Shown: piece by piece, positions 26,021-36,329 of the stretch
How positions within the stretch are numbered: the first letter of the stretch is position 1
Layout of the letters: every line of letters starts with the position of its first letter
Source of the DNA: Planctomycetota bacterium
GTDB lineage: Bacteria; Planctomycetota; B15-G4
Direction: 5' to 3'
NCBI GenBank assembly: GCA_038212275.1
Contig: JBBQUR010000002.1
Location: 222,823-286,822 of the forward strand
Length of the DNA: 64,000 bases
Notes under the pieces: generated by a model
Database searches by the model: none
Seen by the model: the letters and a program-made list of their open reading frames with translations, nothing else
What the model was told of the DNA's origin: nothing
Made by a program: the position numbers and the translations under genes

Positions 26021-27052
26021 ATGAGAAAGCAGCGCGTCCTGGTGCTCATGCACGCGGATCTCGTGCCGCCGGAGTCCCTCAAGGGCCTGTCCGAGCAGGA
26101 CATCAGCCGCTTCAAGACCGAGTACGACGTCGTGTCCACGCTGCGCGCGAACGGGCACGACGTGCGGCCGCTGGGTGTGGTGGACGAACTGCTTCCCATC
26201 CGCGAGGCGGTCACGACCTGGAAGCCGCACGTCGTCTTCAACCTGCTCGAGGAATTCCACGGCGAGGCGGTCTACGACCAGAACGTCGCGTCCTACCTCG
26301 AACTCCTGCGCGTGCCGTACACCGGCTGCAATCCGCGCGGCCTCGTGCTGGCGCGCGGCAAGGACCTCTCCAAGAAGCTCGTGCACTATCACCGCATCCC
26401 GGTGCCTGCTTTTGCGGTCTTTCCGCTGCGGCGCAAGGTGCGGCGGCCGACGCGCCTCGCGTTGCCGCTCATCGTCAAGAGCGTGAACGAGGACGCCTCC
26501 ATGGGCATCGCGCAGGCCTCCGTCGTGGAAACCGACGAGGCGCTCGTCGAGCGCGTCGCCTTCATCCACGAGCGCATCGGCACGGCCGCCATCGCCGAGC
26601 AGTACATCGACGGCCGCGAGATCTACGTCGGCATGCTGGGCAACGACCGGCGCCGCGTGCTGCCCATCTGGGAGCTCGACTTCGGCAACCTGGCGCACGG
26701 CGCGCGCAACATCGCGACCGAACGCGTGAAGCACGACGTGGATTACCAGGAGCGGCGCGGCGTGCTGCAGGGCCCGGCCGAAGGGCTCTCGCCGGGCGTG
26801 CAGGCGCGCATCATCCGCTCGGTCAAGCGCATCAGCCGCACGCTGGAGCTGGACGGCTACGCGCGCATCGACTTCCGCCTCGCGAAGGACGGCACGCCGT
26901 ACTTCATCGAGGCCAATCCCAATCCCGAGATTTCCAATCGCGAGGAATTCGCGCAGGCGGCCGAGCACGCCGGGATCGAGTACCCCGAGCTGCTCAACCG
27001 CATCCTGGCGCTGGGCATTGCGCGCGCCCGGGCGCAGGGCCGCGCGCGCTGA
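26021..27052 (+). CDS. D-Ala-D-Ala ligase-like ATP-grasp enzyme
   Basis: VFNLLEEFHG, PYTG, PLIVK, AEQYIDGRE, GYARIDFR, IEANPNP; lacks the canonical Ddl HGxxGEDG. Confidence 0.85.
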   Translation: MRKQRVLVLMHADLVPPESLKGLSEQDISRFKTEYDVVSTLRANGHDVRPLGVVDELLPIREAVTTWKPHVVFNLLEEFHGEAVYDQNVASYLELLRVPYTGCNPRGLVLARGKDLSKKLVHYHRIPVPAFAVFPLRRKVRRPTRLALPLIVKSVNEDASMGIAQASVVETDEALVERVAFIHERIGTAAIAEQYIDGREIYVGMLGNDRRRVLPIWELDFGNLAHGARNIATERVKHDVDYQERRGVLQGPAEGLSPGVQARIIRSVKRISRTLELDGYARIDFRLAKDGTPYFIEANPNPEISNREEFAQAAEHAGIEYPELLNRILALGIARARAQGRAR

Positions 27053-27098
27053 GGCGCTGCGCGAGGCGTCGCGCGAGCCGGCTGCGTGGCGTCTGCGG

Positions 27099-28268
27099 TC
27101 AGCGCTTCCCTCGCAGGTCGCGCAGCGCGGCGAGCACCGGCTGCTCCAGCGCCGTCGCGACCACCGCGTGTCCGTCCACGGCGAGGTGCTGATCGGAGGT
27201 CCAGTAGAGCGGCCGCCGGCGTCCCAGCAGTCCGGGTTGCAGCAGCGCAGGCAGCAGGTCCACCACCTCGATGCCGTCGGCGCGCAGCACCTCGGCGAAG
27301 CGCTCCGCCAGCCGGCGGTCCACGGCGAAGTCATCGTCGCAGAGCCTGAGCGCTCCACGGACCGGCTGCAGCAGGGAGAGATCCGTCAGGTCCACCTCCT
27401 CCTTGGGGGGAAGGATCGCCACCATGAGGCGGGCGCCGCGTTCGGCGCAGTATTCCGCCATCTCACGGTAGCACTGCGTGGTGGCCAGCAGCGCGGCCTC
27501 GGCCTCTCCCTTGCAATACGTGAAGGTGTGCACCTGGCTGGTGTTCTGGGCCATGCGCGCGCGCATGCTCGGATCTTCGCGCGCCACCTCGAAGCGCTTC
27601 TGTGCGTCGCGCGGCAGCGGCGTGCGTGCGCGGCGCGTCTCGAAGTCCGAGAAGGCCTGGGCATTGATGAAGTCGTTGCCCGTGTAGAGCACGCACAGGA
27701 CGAGCTGCGGCTGCATGTCCAGCAGCACGCCGAGCAGCGCGCGCTGCTCGAAGGGGCCGGTGCCGCTGACGCCCGCATTCAGCACTTCGCAGCGCCGGAA
27801 CTTCAGTTTCGGTGCGAGGCGCTTCTCGAGCAGATTCGGGAAGGTCTCTCCGTTGGCGACGAGGCCGAAGGTGTGACTGTCGCCGAGGACCAGCACGCGA
27901 AGATCGGTGCCGTGAGGCGGACCGAAGACCGTGCGCTCATCCTCGCGGAAGCCCAGGTTGTTGGTGCGCAACGTGAACTTGCCGCCGATGTGCTCGGGCC
28001 AGTTGATCGTCTCGGAGCGGTCCTCCGCCGCACGCACCACCGCCAGCGGGTCGTAGCGGGTCCACTTGGCGGTCGCAAGGCTCGGCAGGAGCTGCTCCAC
28101 CGCAGCACGGTCCAGCGCGGCGCTCTTGATGGACGCGGACTCCACGCGCGGCGCCTCCACCGCTGTCGGAGCCGGCCGCTGCCCCTCCTGATGCAGCACC
28201 AGCAGGCCGCCGCACAGCAGCAGCGCCAGGATCACGATGACGATCTTGCGCCGCGCGTCCACTTGCAT
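27099..28268 (-). CDS. SGNH/GDSL hydrolase-family protein with N-terminal membrane anchor
   Basis: LVLGDSHTFG, VLNAGVSG, GNDF, DQHLAVDGH. Confidence 0.8.
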   Translation of the reverse strand: MQVDARRKIVIVILALLLCGGLLVLHQEGQRPAPTAVEAPRVESASIKSAALDRAAVEQLLPSLATAKWTRYDPLAVVRAAEDRSETINWPEHIGGKFTLRTNNLGFREDERTVFGPPHGTDLRVLVLGDSHTFGLVANGETFPNLLEKRLAPKLKFRRCEVLNAGVSGTGPFEQRALLGVLLDMQPQLVLCVLYTGNDFINAQAFSDFETRRARTPLPRDAQKRFEVAREDPSMRARMAQNTSQVHTFTYCKGEAEAALLATTQCYREMAEYCAERGARLMVAILPPKEEVDLTDLSLLQPVRGALRLCDDDFAVDRRLAERFAEVLRADGIEVVDLLPALLQPGLLGRRRPLYWTSDQHLAVDGHAVVATALEQPVLAALRDLRGKR

Positions 28269-28279
28269 GGCGCGCCAGC

Positions 28280-30871
28280 CTAACCTCGATCGCGCCTCCG
28301 TCGCTGGACCCGCTTGTAGACCTCGAACCAGAGCACGCCGAGCACGCCGGCCGCGACGGCGATCGTCAGCTCCCCGACGTGCAGCGCAGAAAAGCCAAAG
28401 AGCTGCTGCGTGAAGGGAAGCCACAGCAGCAGCGCCAGCAGCAGGAGCGTGCCGCCGATGATGGACCAGAGCGCGACGTTGCGGTCCCGGAGTCCGGCGA
28501 TGGCGCCGTGCGTCCATGAGCGGTTCACGATGATGAGCCCCAGGTTCGCGACGACGAGCGTGGTGAAGGACATCGTCCGCACCTCCGGCGCAGGCAGGCC
28601 GTCGAGCACGCCCCACAGGTAGACGCCGAGCACCGCGACGAGAGCGACCGCGCCCTGCAGCAGGCTGATCGTCAGCATGCGCCGCCCGAACATGGACTCT
28701 GCGACGGGTCGTGGCCCGCGCTGCATGAGGCCCTCCTCCTCCGCCTCGGCCTCGAAGACGACCGAGCACGCGGGGTCGATCACGAGCTCCAGAAAGGCGA
28801 TGTGCACCGGCATGAGCACCAGCGGCAGCAGCGCGCCGCGGAAGTGCGGGAAGAGCACCGGCAGCAGCGACATCCCGGCGATCGGGACGTGGACGGCCAG
28901 GATGTAGGCCATCGCCTTCTTCAGGTTGTCGTGGATGCGGCGTCCCGCGCGGACGGCGCCCACGATGGAGGCGAAGTCGTCGTCCGTGAGCACGAGCGCG
29001 GAGGCCTCGCGCGCGACATCCGTTCCGCGCTGGCCCATCGCGATGCCGATGTCCGCGGCCTTCAGCGCCGGGGCGTCGTTGACGCCGTCGCCGGTCATCG
29101 CGACGACGTCCCCGCAGGCCTGGAGCGCGCGCACGATGCGCAGCTTCTGTGCCGGAACGACGCGCGCGAAGACGTTGACGCCGCCGATGCACGCCGCGAG
29201 CGCCCCGTCGTCCAGCGTGTCCAGCTCGGTCCCGCTGACGAGCCGGCCCGCCGGGTCGAGCCCGATCTCGCGCGCGATGGCGAGCGCCGTCGCCGGATAG
29301 TCGCCGGTGATCATCACGATGCGGATCCCGGCCGAGTGGCACTCCGCGATCGCGCCCGGCACCGCGTTTCGGATCGGGTCGGCCAGACCGACGAGGCCGA
29401 CCCACTCGAAGCGGTAGTCGTGCGCGAGGCCGGGCAGCGCCTGCTCGCCGCGGAACGTCGCGCGGGCGACGCCCAGCACGCGCAGCCCGTCACCGGCCAG
29501 GCGCGTGACGTCGGCGAGCAGCGCGGTGCGGCGCGGCGGCTCGAGGTGGCACAGGTCGATGATGGCTTCCGGCGCGCCCTTCGCCGCGACGACGAGGTCG
29601 CTCCCGTCCGGCGAGCGCCACACGTGGGACATCGCCAGCAACTGCTCCGAGAGCGGGTATTCCCGCACCAGGCTCCAACCGGCATGCAGGTGCTCCGTCC
29701 GCGCGAGGGTCCGCTCCGCCAGCGACTTGAAGGCCACGTCCATCGGATCGAACGGGTTCACCGGGCTGGCGAGCAGTGCGTACTCGGCGATCTCGTGCAC
29801 TTCCTCCGGCAGCGTGGCGGCGCCTGGCTCAATGCGAACGGCGCGCTCGCCGGGCTGCAGTGCGCGCACCGTCATCCGGTTCTGCGTGAGCGTCCCGGTC
29901 TTGTCGGTGCAGAGCACGGTGGTCGCGCCGATCATCTCGATCACCGGCATGCGTCGCGTCAGCACGTGGCGCTTCGAGAGGCGCCACGCGCCGAGGGCGA
30001 GGAAGATCGTCAGCACCACCGGGAATTCCTCGGGCAGCATCGCCATCGCGAAGGTGATGCCGGCGAGGAAGGCGCCCAGCCAGTCGGCGCGCGTGAGCCC
30101 GTAGAACACCACGATCACGGCCGCGAGCCCCAGCCCGAGGATGGCGAGGCGCTTCACCAGGCGCGCGACATCCTGTTGCAGGCGCGTCTTGCCCGGGACC
30201 ACTTCGTTCAGCGACCTGCCGATCCGGCCCAGCTCGCTGCGGCCTCCGGTCGCGGCGACGCGCGCCACGCCCTGGCCCTTCACCACGAGCGTACCGGAGA
30301 AGACGAAGGGCGTGCCGTCGCCGCCGGGCCGGCCCATGACGGTGTCGGCGGCGGCGCGGGCCTTGCGCACCGGGATCGACTCGCCCGTCAGCAGCGACTC
30401 GTCCACGGTGAGGTTGCCGCTGTCGAGCACGATGCCGTCGGCCGGCACGCGGTCGCCCTCGGAGAGCAGCACGACGTCGCCCGGCACGACCTCGCGGCCG
30501 GGAATGCGGCGCTGCACGCCGTCGCGCACGACGAGGGCCCGCGGGCTGGCCAGGTCGCGCAGCGCCGCCAGCGCGCGCTCCGTGCGTCGCTCCTGAAAGA
30601 GCGTGATGCCGATGACGACGAACACGAACACGAAGAGCAGCACCGCGTCCCGCAAGCGCTCGGGCTCCTGCAGACTGACGAGCAGGTTGAGCGAGCCGGC
30701 CGCGACGAGCATCAGCAGCATCGGCTCCCGGATCACCGAGAGCACGATCCGAGCCAGGTTGCGCGGCTTGGCGGACTCGATCTCGTTGGGGCCTTCGGTC
30801 GCGAGCCGCGACGCCGCCTCGGCCTCGCCCAGCCCGGTGACGGACGCTGCGTCGAAAGGCTCGGTCGTCAC
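28280..30871 (-). CDS. Cation-translocating P-type ATPase (type II, Ca2+-like)
   Basis: DESLLTGES, PEEFP, CTDKTGTLT, KGAPE, MITGD, MTGDGVNDAPALK; GTG start with GAGGA RBS. Confidence 0.93.
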   Translation of the reverse strand: MTTEPFDAASVTGLGEAEAASRLATEGPNEIESAKPRNLARIVLSVIREPMLLMLVAAGSLNLLVSLQEPERLRDAVLLFVFVFVVIGITLFQERRTERALAALRDLASPRALVVRDGVQRRIPGREVVPGDVVLLSEGDRVPADGIVLDSGNLTVDESLLTGESIPVRKARAAADTVMGRPGGDGTPFVFSGTLVVKGQGVARVAATGGRSELGRIGRSLNEVVPGKTRLQQDVARLVKRLAILGLGLAAVIVVFYGLTRADWLGAFLAGITFAMAMLPEEFPVVLTIFLALGAWRLSKRHVLTRRMPVIEMIGATTVLCTDKTGTLTQNRMTVRALQPGERAVRIEPGAATLPEEVHEIAEYALLASPVNPFDPMDVAFKSLAERTLARTEHLHAGWSLVREYPLSEQLLAMSHVWRSPDGSDLVVAAKGAPEAIIDLCHLEPPRRTALLADVTRLAGDGLRVLGVARATFRGEQALPGLAHDYRFEWVGLVGLADPIRNAVPGAIAECHSAGIRIVMITGDYPATALAIAREIGLDPAGRLVSGTELDTLDDGALAACIGGVNVFARVVPAQKLRIVRALQACGDVVAMTGDGVNDAPALKAADIGIAMGQRGTDVAREASALVLTDDDFASIVGAVRAGRRIHDNLKKAMAYILAVHVPIAGMSLLPVLFPHFRGALLPLVLMPVHIAFLELVIDPACSVVFEAEAEEEGLMQRGPRPVAESMFGRRMLTISLLQGAVALVAVLGVYLWGVLDGLPAPEVRTMSFTTLVVANLGLIIVNRSWTHGAIAGLRDRNVALWSIIGGTLLLLALLLWLPFTQQLFGFSALHVGELTIAVAAGVLGVLWFEVYKRVQRRRRDRG

Positions 30872-31075
30872 GGAGAGTCCTCTCGAGGCGCGCTCGAGCC
30901 GGCAAGCGCATTCACGGTTATCCGGGCGGCGTGCCGCCCGGCACTGCGGCCGCGCCGGCTGCGAGCCATCTTCCTCAACCACGGCGCGGCCCGCGCGATA
31001 CGCCTGTGCTGGCCCTCAGGCCGTGAGCGCCGGCCCTCAGACCCGTGTGCGTCGTCGGCGCCAGCTGCCTGGCAG

Positions 31076-33664
31076 CTACAGCATCGCGACGGGATCCACG
31101 TCCACGATGACGCGCGCCTGGCGGCTCAGGCCGACCGAGGGGCCCAGGCGCCCGAGCACTGCCGACACCGCGCCGTCCGTCGCGCACTTGCACACGAGGT
31201 GCCAGCGGTGCTGCTCCGCGATGCGCGCGATCGGCGCCGGAGCCGGCCCCAGGATCTCGACGCCGTCGAGCGGCCCGGGGCCCGGCTCGGCGGGAGTGAC
31301 GGCCGCGGCGGGCGTGTCGGCCGCGGCGTCCGCAGCGGACGGGCCGTGCGCAGCGGACGCGTCGTACGCGCCGGACGCGTCAGGCAACACCGGGCGTGAC
31401 GGCGCGCCGAAGTCGAACTCCGCCGTGATGGCAGCGCCGATGCTCGCGCCGGGCGCCGCACGACGGGAGGCCGCAGTGTGCGCACCGCCCTTCGCCTCGC
31501 GGGCCGGCTCCGGCTCGCCGCGCAGCCTGCGCGCCAGCTCGTGTGCGCGCGTGCGCGCGTGGGCCTCGTCCGGTGCGTGGATGACGACGCGCACCAGTCG
31601 CGTGAACGGCGGGTAAGCGCTCTCGCGCCGCGCGGCCAGCTCCGTCGACGCGAAGCTCACATAGTCCTGGTTCACGCCGAGGCGGATGGCCATGTGCCGC
31701 GGATCGAAGGCCTGCACGACGACGCGCCCGCCCTTGGGGCCCCGCCCGGTGCGCCCCACCACCTGCGCGAGCAGCTGGAAGGTGCGCTCCGCCGCGCGAT
31801 AGTCCGGCAGGAAGAGCGCGCTGTCCGCGCAGATCACGCCGACGAGCAGCACGTTGGGAAAGTCCAGGCCCTTGGCGATCATCTGCGTGCCGATGAGCAC
31901 CTGCGTGCGCCCCGCGGCGAAGTCCGCCAGCGCGCCCTCGTGCGCGCCGCGCCCCGACATCGTGTCGCTGTCCATGCGCGCCACCGAGGCGTGCAGGAAG
32001 CGCTGGCGCACTTCCTCCTCCACCTTCTCGGTGCCGTAGCCCAGCGGGAGCAGCGGCCCGCGGCAGGCGGGGCATTCGCGCGGCGGTGCCTTCTCCGTGC
32101 CGCAGTAGTGGCAGATGACGCGGTTGGCTTTGCGATGCAGCGTCATCGAGACATCGCAGTGCAGGCACTTGAGCGACTGCTTGCACTTGCGGCACAGCAG
32201 CACGGGCGACCAGCCGCGCCGGTTGAGGAAGAGCAGCACCTGCCCGCCGCGCGAGAGCGCATCGTCCATGCCGGCCTGCAGCGGATCCGACAGGAACGAG
32301 AAGGCCCCGCCGCGCCGCTGCTCCACGGTGAGGTCCACCATGACGATGTCCGGAGCGCGCCCGCCGGCCACGCGGTCGTGCAGCGTGAGCAGCCCGAGCT
32401 GCCCGTCCTGCGCCGCGTGCCAGGCCTCGAGCGACGGCGTCGCCGTGCCCAGCAGCACGATCGCGCCGGTGAGCCGCCCGCGCTCGAGAGCCACGTCGCG
32501 CGCGTGGTAGCGCGGCACGTTCTGCTGCTTGAAGGTGGTCTCGTGCTCTTCGTCGAGGACGATGAGCCCGAGCCGCGGCACCGGCGCGAACACCGCCGAG
32601 CGCGCGCCGACGACGACGTCCGCCTCGCCGGCGCGGATGGCGCGCCACTGCGCCGCGCGCTCGGCATCCGTGAGGTGGCTGTGCAGCACGGCGACGCGTG
32701 CGAAGCGCTGCCGGAAGCGCTTGACCGTCTGCGGCGTGAGCGCGATCTCCGGCACGAGCACGATGCCCTGCCGCCCGCGCGCCACCACCTCCGCGAGCAG
32801 CTGCAGGTACACCTCCGTCTTGCCGCTGCCCGTGACACCGTGCAGCAGGAAGGCGCGGCTGGCAGGACCGGCGGCAGCGCCCGCAACGGGGACCACGCCC
32901 GCTGCCGCGCCAGCCAGCAGTCCAACGCCACTCGCACCGCCGGGCACGGACACGCCGCTCGCCATCGCGCCGTCCAGCACCGCGCCGTCCAGTGCCGCGC
33001 CGTCCAGCGCCGCGATGAGTCGGTTCGTGACCTCGCGCTGCGGCTCGGTGAGCTCCAGCGGCTCGGTGCGCTCCACGGGCGTCGCTGCCAGCGGGTCGCG
33101 CACGGCGGCGGCGCGACGCAGTTCGATGAGGCCGGCCTTCACCAGCGTCGCCAGCGGCGAGCGGCTCACGTGCGCCAGCGACATCAGCTCGCGCGCCGGC
33201 AGCGTGCCGCCGCGTTCCGCCAGGATGCGCAGCGCGCGCGCCTGCTTCTCGTGCTTCTCCTGCAGCTCCTCCACCTGGCCGCGCATGAGCCGCGGGTCGC
33301 CGAGCAGCACGGCCTCCTCCACGACGCGCCCGCTGCGGCCGGCCTTCACCGCCGGCGGCAGCGTCGCGTCCAGGGCCTCGCCCCACGAGCAACCCGTCGC
33401 GGTGGCCACCCACGCGGTGAGCTGCAGCACGTCCGCGCCGACGAGCGGCTGATCGTCGACGAGACCGACGAGCGGCTTGACCTCCACGCCGTCCGGCGGC
33501 GGCTGCTCGTCCACGCCGACGCAGACCGCCGCGAGCCGGCGCTTGCCGAAGGGCACGAGCACGCGCACGCCGGGCACGACGCGTTCGAGCAGCGCCGGCG
33601 GCACGGAGTAGCTGTAGAGACCGGCGACCGGCAGCGGCGGCGCGACGCGTGCGTAGCGGGTCAT
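31076..33664 (-). CDS. priA: Primosomal protein N'
   Basis: GVTGSGKTEVY, DEEH, four CxxC Zn-ribbon pairs, GTQMIAKGLDF, QVVGRTGR; low-complexity inserts including a 15-bp repeat (ALDGA x3). Confidence 0.95.
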   Translation of the reverse strand: MTRYARVAPPLPVAGLYSYSVPPALLERVVPGVRVLVPFGKRRLAAVCVGVDEQPPPDGVEVKPLVGLVDDQPLVGADVLQLTAWVATATGCSWGEALDATLPPAVKAGRSGRVVEEAVLLGDPRLMRGQVEELQEKHEKQARALRILAERGGTLPARELMSLAHVSRSPLATLVKAGLIELRRAAAVRDPLAATPVERTEPLELTEPQREVTNRLIAALDGAALDGAVLDGAMASGVSVPGGASGVGLLAGAAAGVVPVAGAAAGPASRAFLLHGVTGSGKTEVYLQLLAEVVARGRQGIVLVPEIALTPQTVKRFRQRFARVAVLHSHLTDAERAAQWRAIRAGEADVVVGARSAVFAPVPRLGLIVLDEEHETTFKQQNVPRYHARDVALERGRLTGAIVLLGTATPSLEAWHAAQDGQLGLLTLHDRVAGGRAPDIVMVDLTVEQRRGGAFSFLSDPLQAGMDDALSRGGQVLLFLNRRGWSPVLLCRKCKQSLKCLHCDVSMTLHRKANRVICHYCGTEKAPPRECPACRGPLLPLGYGTEKVEEEVRQRFLHASVARMDSDTMSGRGAHEGALADFAAGRTQVLIGTQMIAKGLDFPNVLLVGVICADSALFLPDYRAAERTFQLLAQVVGRTGRGPKGGRVVVQAFDPRHMAIRLGVNQDYVSFASTELAARRESAYPPFTRLVRVVIHAPDEAHARTRAHELARRLRGEPEPAREAKGGAHTAASRRAAPGASIGAAITAEFDFGAPSRPVLPDASGAYDASAAHGPSAADAAADTPAAAVTPAEPGPGPLDGVEILGPAPAPIARIAEQHRWHLVCKCATDGAVSAVLGRLGPSVGLSRQARVIVDVDPVAML

Positions 33665-33689
33665 CGGCGGCGGCTCCCGACGCGCCGCT

Positions 33690-34046
33690 TCAGCCGGCCG
33701 ACGGCGGCGCATGGCCGGCCACGGGTTCGTGGCAGGCGCACGGAGCGCGGTGGCAGCGCGGGCAGCCGTCCTGATATTTGCGTGCGGCGGCGGCCTGCAG
33801 GTCCACGCCGTTCATCGAGGCCAGCGTGACCAGCCAGGCCAGCACGTCGGCGAACTCTTCCTCGAGATTCTCGCGCTGGCCGCGGCGCAAGGCGCGCGAC
33901 AGCTCGCCGACCTCCTCCGCGAACCACATGAAGGTGCCCGCCGTGCCGCGCGCGCCGTCCTTCGCGCCGTAGATGCTCTCGATGAGCGCCTGGAACCCGG
34001 CGATGGTCATCTGGCTGCCCTTGCCGCTGCTGCTCACGCCACTCAC
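33690..34046 (-). CDS. MazG-like nucleotide pyrophosphohydrolase
   Basis: WFAEEVGELS..EEEFADVLAWL; C-terminal CPRC...PC.C. Confidence 0.85.
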   Translation of the reverse strand: MSGVSSSGKGSQMTIAGFQALIESIYGAKDGARGTAGTFMWFAEEVGELSRALRRGQRENLEEEFADVLAWLVTLASMNGVDLQAAAARKYQDGCPRCHRAPCACHEPVAGHAPPSAG

Positions 34047-35710
34047 GATGTCGCGCCCTCATCTCCGGCCTGACGGCCCAGCGAGAGCAGCGTCACATCC
34101 TCCGTGAGCGGCTGCTCGCCTCGGAACTTCTTCACCAGCGCGGCCATGCGGCGCACGAAGAGCGCGGCGGGGTGCACGGCTTCGCGGCGCACGAGGTTCG
34201 CGAAACGCTCCTCGCCCAGCTCGGCGCCCTCGGCATTGGCGACGCGCGTGACGCCCGGCGTGTAGAGCATGACGCGGTCGCCGGGCTGAAGCGCGAGGCG
34301 CACGACCTTCAGCGTGCGGTCGAAGACGGGGCCCTTGTCGAAGCCCAGCGCGATGCCCTCGCTGTGCACGGGCAGCAGCTTGCCGTCGCCCGAGCCGCGG
34401 TACAGCAGCAGCGGACTGTGGCCCGCATTGGCCACGGTGAGCGTGCCCGCCGCCGGATCCAGCACGGCCAGCAGCACGGTGACGTACATGCCGCGCCGCA
34501 GGTCCGAGGAGAGCAGCGCATTCACGTCGCGCAGCATCGCGCCCGGATCCGAGGTGCTGCGCGCGATGGCCGTGAGGAAGGAGCGCGCCATGGTCATGAC
34601 CATCGCCGCGGGCAGGCCGCGCCCCGAGGCCGAGCCGACGATGAGGCCCCAGCGTGCGCCGGGCAGCTCCAGCACGTCGTAGTACTCGCCGCCGAGCGTG
34701 CCGGAGGTCTCGTGGTGCCCGGCGAGGTCGAAGCCCGCGATGTCCGGCAGCTTGCTCGGGAAGAGACTGGTGGCCACCTCGCCCGCGACGGCCATCTGGT
34801 GCACGGAGGTCGCCGCGTTGCGCTCGGCCTGGCGCGCCTCGTGCAGGCTCTGCGTCATCTGGTCGAAGCTGCGCGCCAGCGCGCCGATCTCGTCCCGGCT
34901 GTGCGGCTCGGTGCGGTGCTCGAGGTCGCCGCCCGCGACGATGCGCAGGTCTTCCTTCAGCAGCGTGAGCGGACGCGTCACCCAACGCCCCGCGAACCAG
35001 GCCACGCCCGCGCCGATGAACACGAAGACTGCAGCGAGGAACATGACGCGGCTCATGAGCTTCGTCGTCGCTTCCTCGATGGCGGAGGCGCTGATGTACA
35101 CGCTGAACTCCGCGACTTCCTGCCCGTCGCGGTCGACGACGGGATAGCTGCCGCGGATCACGTGCTGCAGCTTCCCGCCGATCTGCAGGTAGAGCTCGCT
35201 GGCCGCGCCGTGCGGGAAGGTCACGGGCCGGTCGTCCGCCATCGGCGCAAAGGTCAGGTTGCCCGCGTAGGAGGCGGCCAGCACGCCGCCGCGCTCGCCC
35301 TTGGCGCGCAGGTCCACCGCGACGATGCGCGCGTCGCTGCGGACCATGCGCTCGAAGCGCGCGCGATTCCAGTCGAAGCTCTTGATGTACTCCGTGTCCT
35401 GGAAGGCCAGCTCGTATTCCTTCGGCTTCATCGCCTGCGCCAGAGCCTTCACTTCCGAGGCCGTCTTGCCCTGGAAGTCCGTGCCGAAGTATTCGCTCCA
35501 GGCGAGCAGGTCCGGCTGCGCGGCCATGAACGCCGCCTCGTGCGCGGCGTGCTTGATCTGCAGCTTCACGGCGTCCGTGATGAAGCCGCGCGCGAAGAGC
35601 GCGAAGCCCAGCATGAAGAGCGCGATCGTGCCCGCCATCACCAGCGCCAGCTTGGTGGCCAGCGGGATGTCGCGCATGCGCCGGCCCTCGGTCTTCACCT
35701 TCCTGGCCAT
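34043..35710 (-). CDS. HAMP plus PP2C/SpoIIE (RsbU-like) membrane protein, degenerate active site
   Basis: Two TM segments, HAMP (DEIGALARSF..M), PP2C fold with the canonical Asp motifs altered. Confidence 0.85.
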   Translation of the reverse strand: MARKVKTEGRRMRDIPLATKLALVMAGTIALFMLGFALFARGFITDAVKLQIKHAAHEAAFMAAQPDLLAWSEYFGTDFQGKTASEVKALAQAMKPKEYELAFQDTEYIKSFDWNRARFERMVRSDARIVAVDLRAKGERGGVLAASYAGNLTFAPMADDRPVTFPHGAASELYLQIGGKLQHVIRGSYPVVDRDGQEVAEFSVYISASAIEEATTKLMSRVMFLAAVFVFIGAGVAWFAGRWVTRPLTLLKEDLRIVAGGDLEHRTEPHSRDEIGALARSFDQMTQSLHEARQAERNAATSVHQMAVAGEVATSLFPSKLPDIAGFDLAGHHETSGTLGGEYYDVLELPGARWGLIVGSASGRGLPAAMVMTMARSFLTAIARSTSDPGAMLRDVNALLSSDLRRGMYVTVLLAVLDPAAGTLTVANAGHSPLLLYRGSGDGKLLPVHSEGIALGFDKGPVFDRTLKVVRLALQPGDRVMLYTPGVTRVANAEGAELGEERFANLVRREAVHPAALFVRRMAALVKKFRGEQPLTEDVTLLSLGRQAGDEGATS

Positions 35711-35765
35711 CGGCTCTCCGCCCCGGGGTTGCTGCGCCGCGCCATGCGCGCCGCGTGGCGCGCGT

Positions 35766-36314
35766 TCAGACGGGCAGCAGCGCGACGATCACCGCCGCGT
35801 AGACGCCCGCCATGACGTCGTCGGCCATGATACCGAGGCCACCGTGCAGTCGCTCCAGTTGCGCGCACGGCGGCGGCTTCCAGATGTCGAAGAGCCGGAA
35901 GAGCGCGAAGGCGACGAGCACTCCCCACGGCGACATCGGCCCGGGCAGCAGCGGCAGCAGCGCGATGCCCTGACCCACGACCTCGTCGAGCACGAAGGGC
36001 CCGGGATCGCTCACGCCGAAGTCGCGCGCCGCGCGATTCCCGAGCCAGATGCCGGCCGCGAAGATCAGCGCGAGCACGGCCAGCGTGGCGCCGCGCAGGA
36101 CCCACGCGGCCGCGGCGGGACTGAAGCCCTCCACGTTCCAGACGCCCGACTGGTAGCAGCCCGTGCGGAGGAAGATCTCCGGCTCGAGCAGTCCGCGCAC
36201 GCCGAACAGCAGCGCGAGCAGCAGCGCCGTGGCGGCCGAGGCCCACGTGCCCGGTGCGCGCGGCAGCCAGCCGACGCCGCAGGCCGTGGCGAGAAAGCGG
36301 CGGACGCGGCTCAT
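35766..36314 (-). CDS. pgpA: Phosphatidylglycerophosphatase A
   Basis: G.LP.APGTWAS, DPG.FVLDEVVG, FRLFDIWKP, GGLGIMADD. Confidence 0.92.
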   Translation of the reverse strand: MSRVRRFLATACGVGWLPRAPGTWASAATALLLALLFGVRGLLEPEIFLRTGCYQSGVWNVEGFSPAAAAWVLRGATLAVLALIFAAGIWLGNRAARDFGVSDPGPFVLDEVVGQGIALLPLLPGPMSPWGVLVAFALFRLFDIWKPPPCAQLERLHGGLGIMADDVMAGVYAAVIVALLPV

Positions 36315-36329
36315 GTCAGTGCAGGCCGG

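Noticed and set aside
32966-33013. 15-bp in-frame repeats and Ala/Gly-rich inserts in priA, ftsK, the transporter and aroF
   Set aside because: In-frame low-complexity linker expansions common in high-GC genomes; catalytic motifs are intact.
33690-33800. CPRCH in the MazG-like protein as a heme-binding motif
   Set aside because: Cytoplasmic protein with no signal peptide; the motif is part of a CxxC...CxC Zn-ribbon-like tail.
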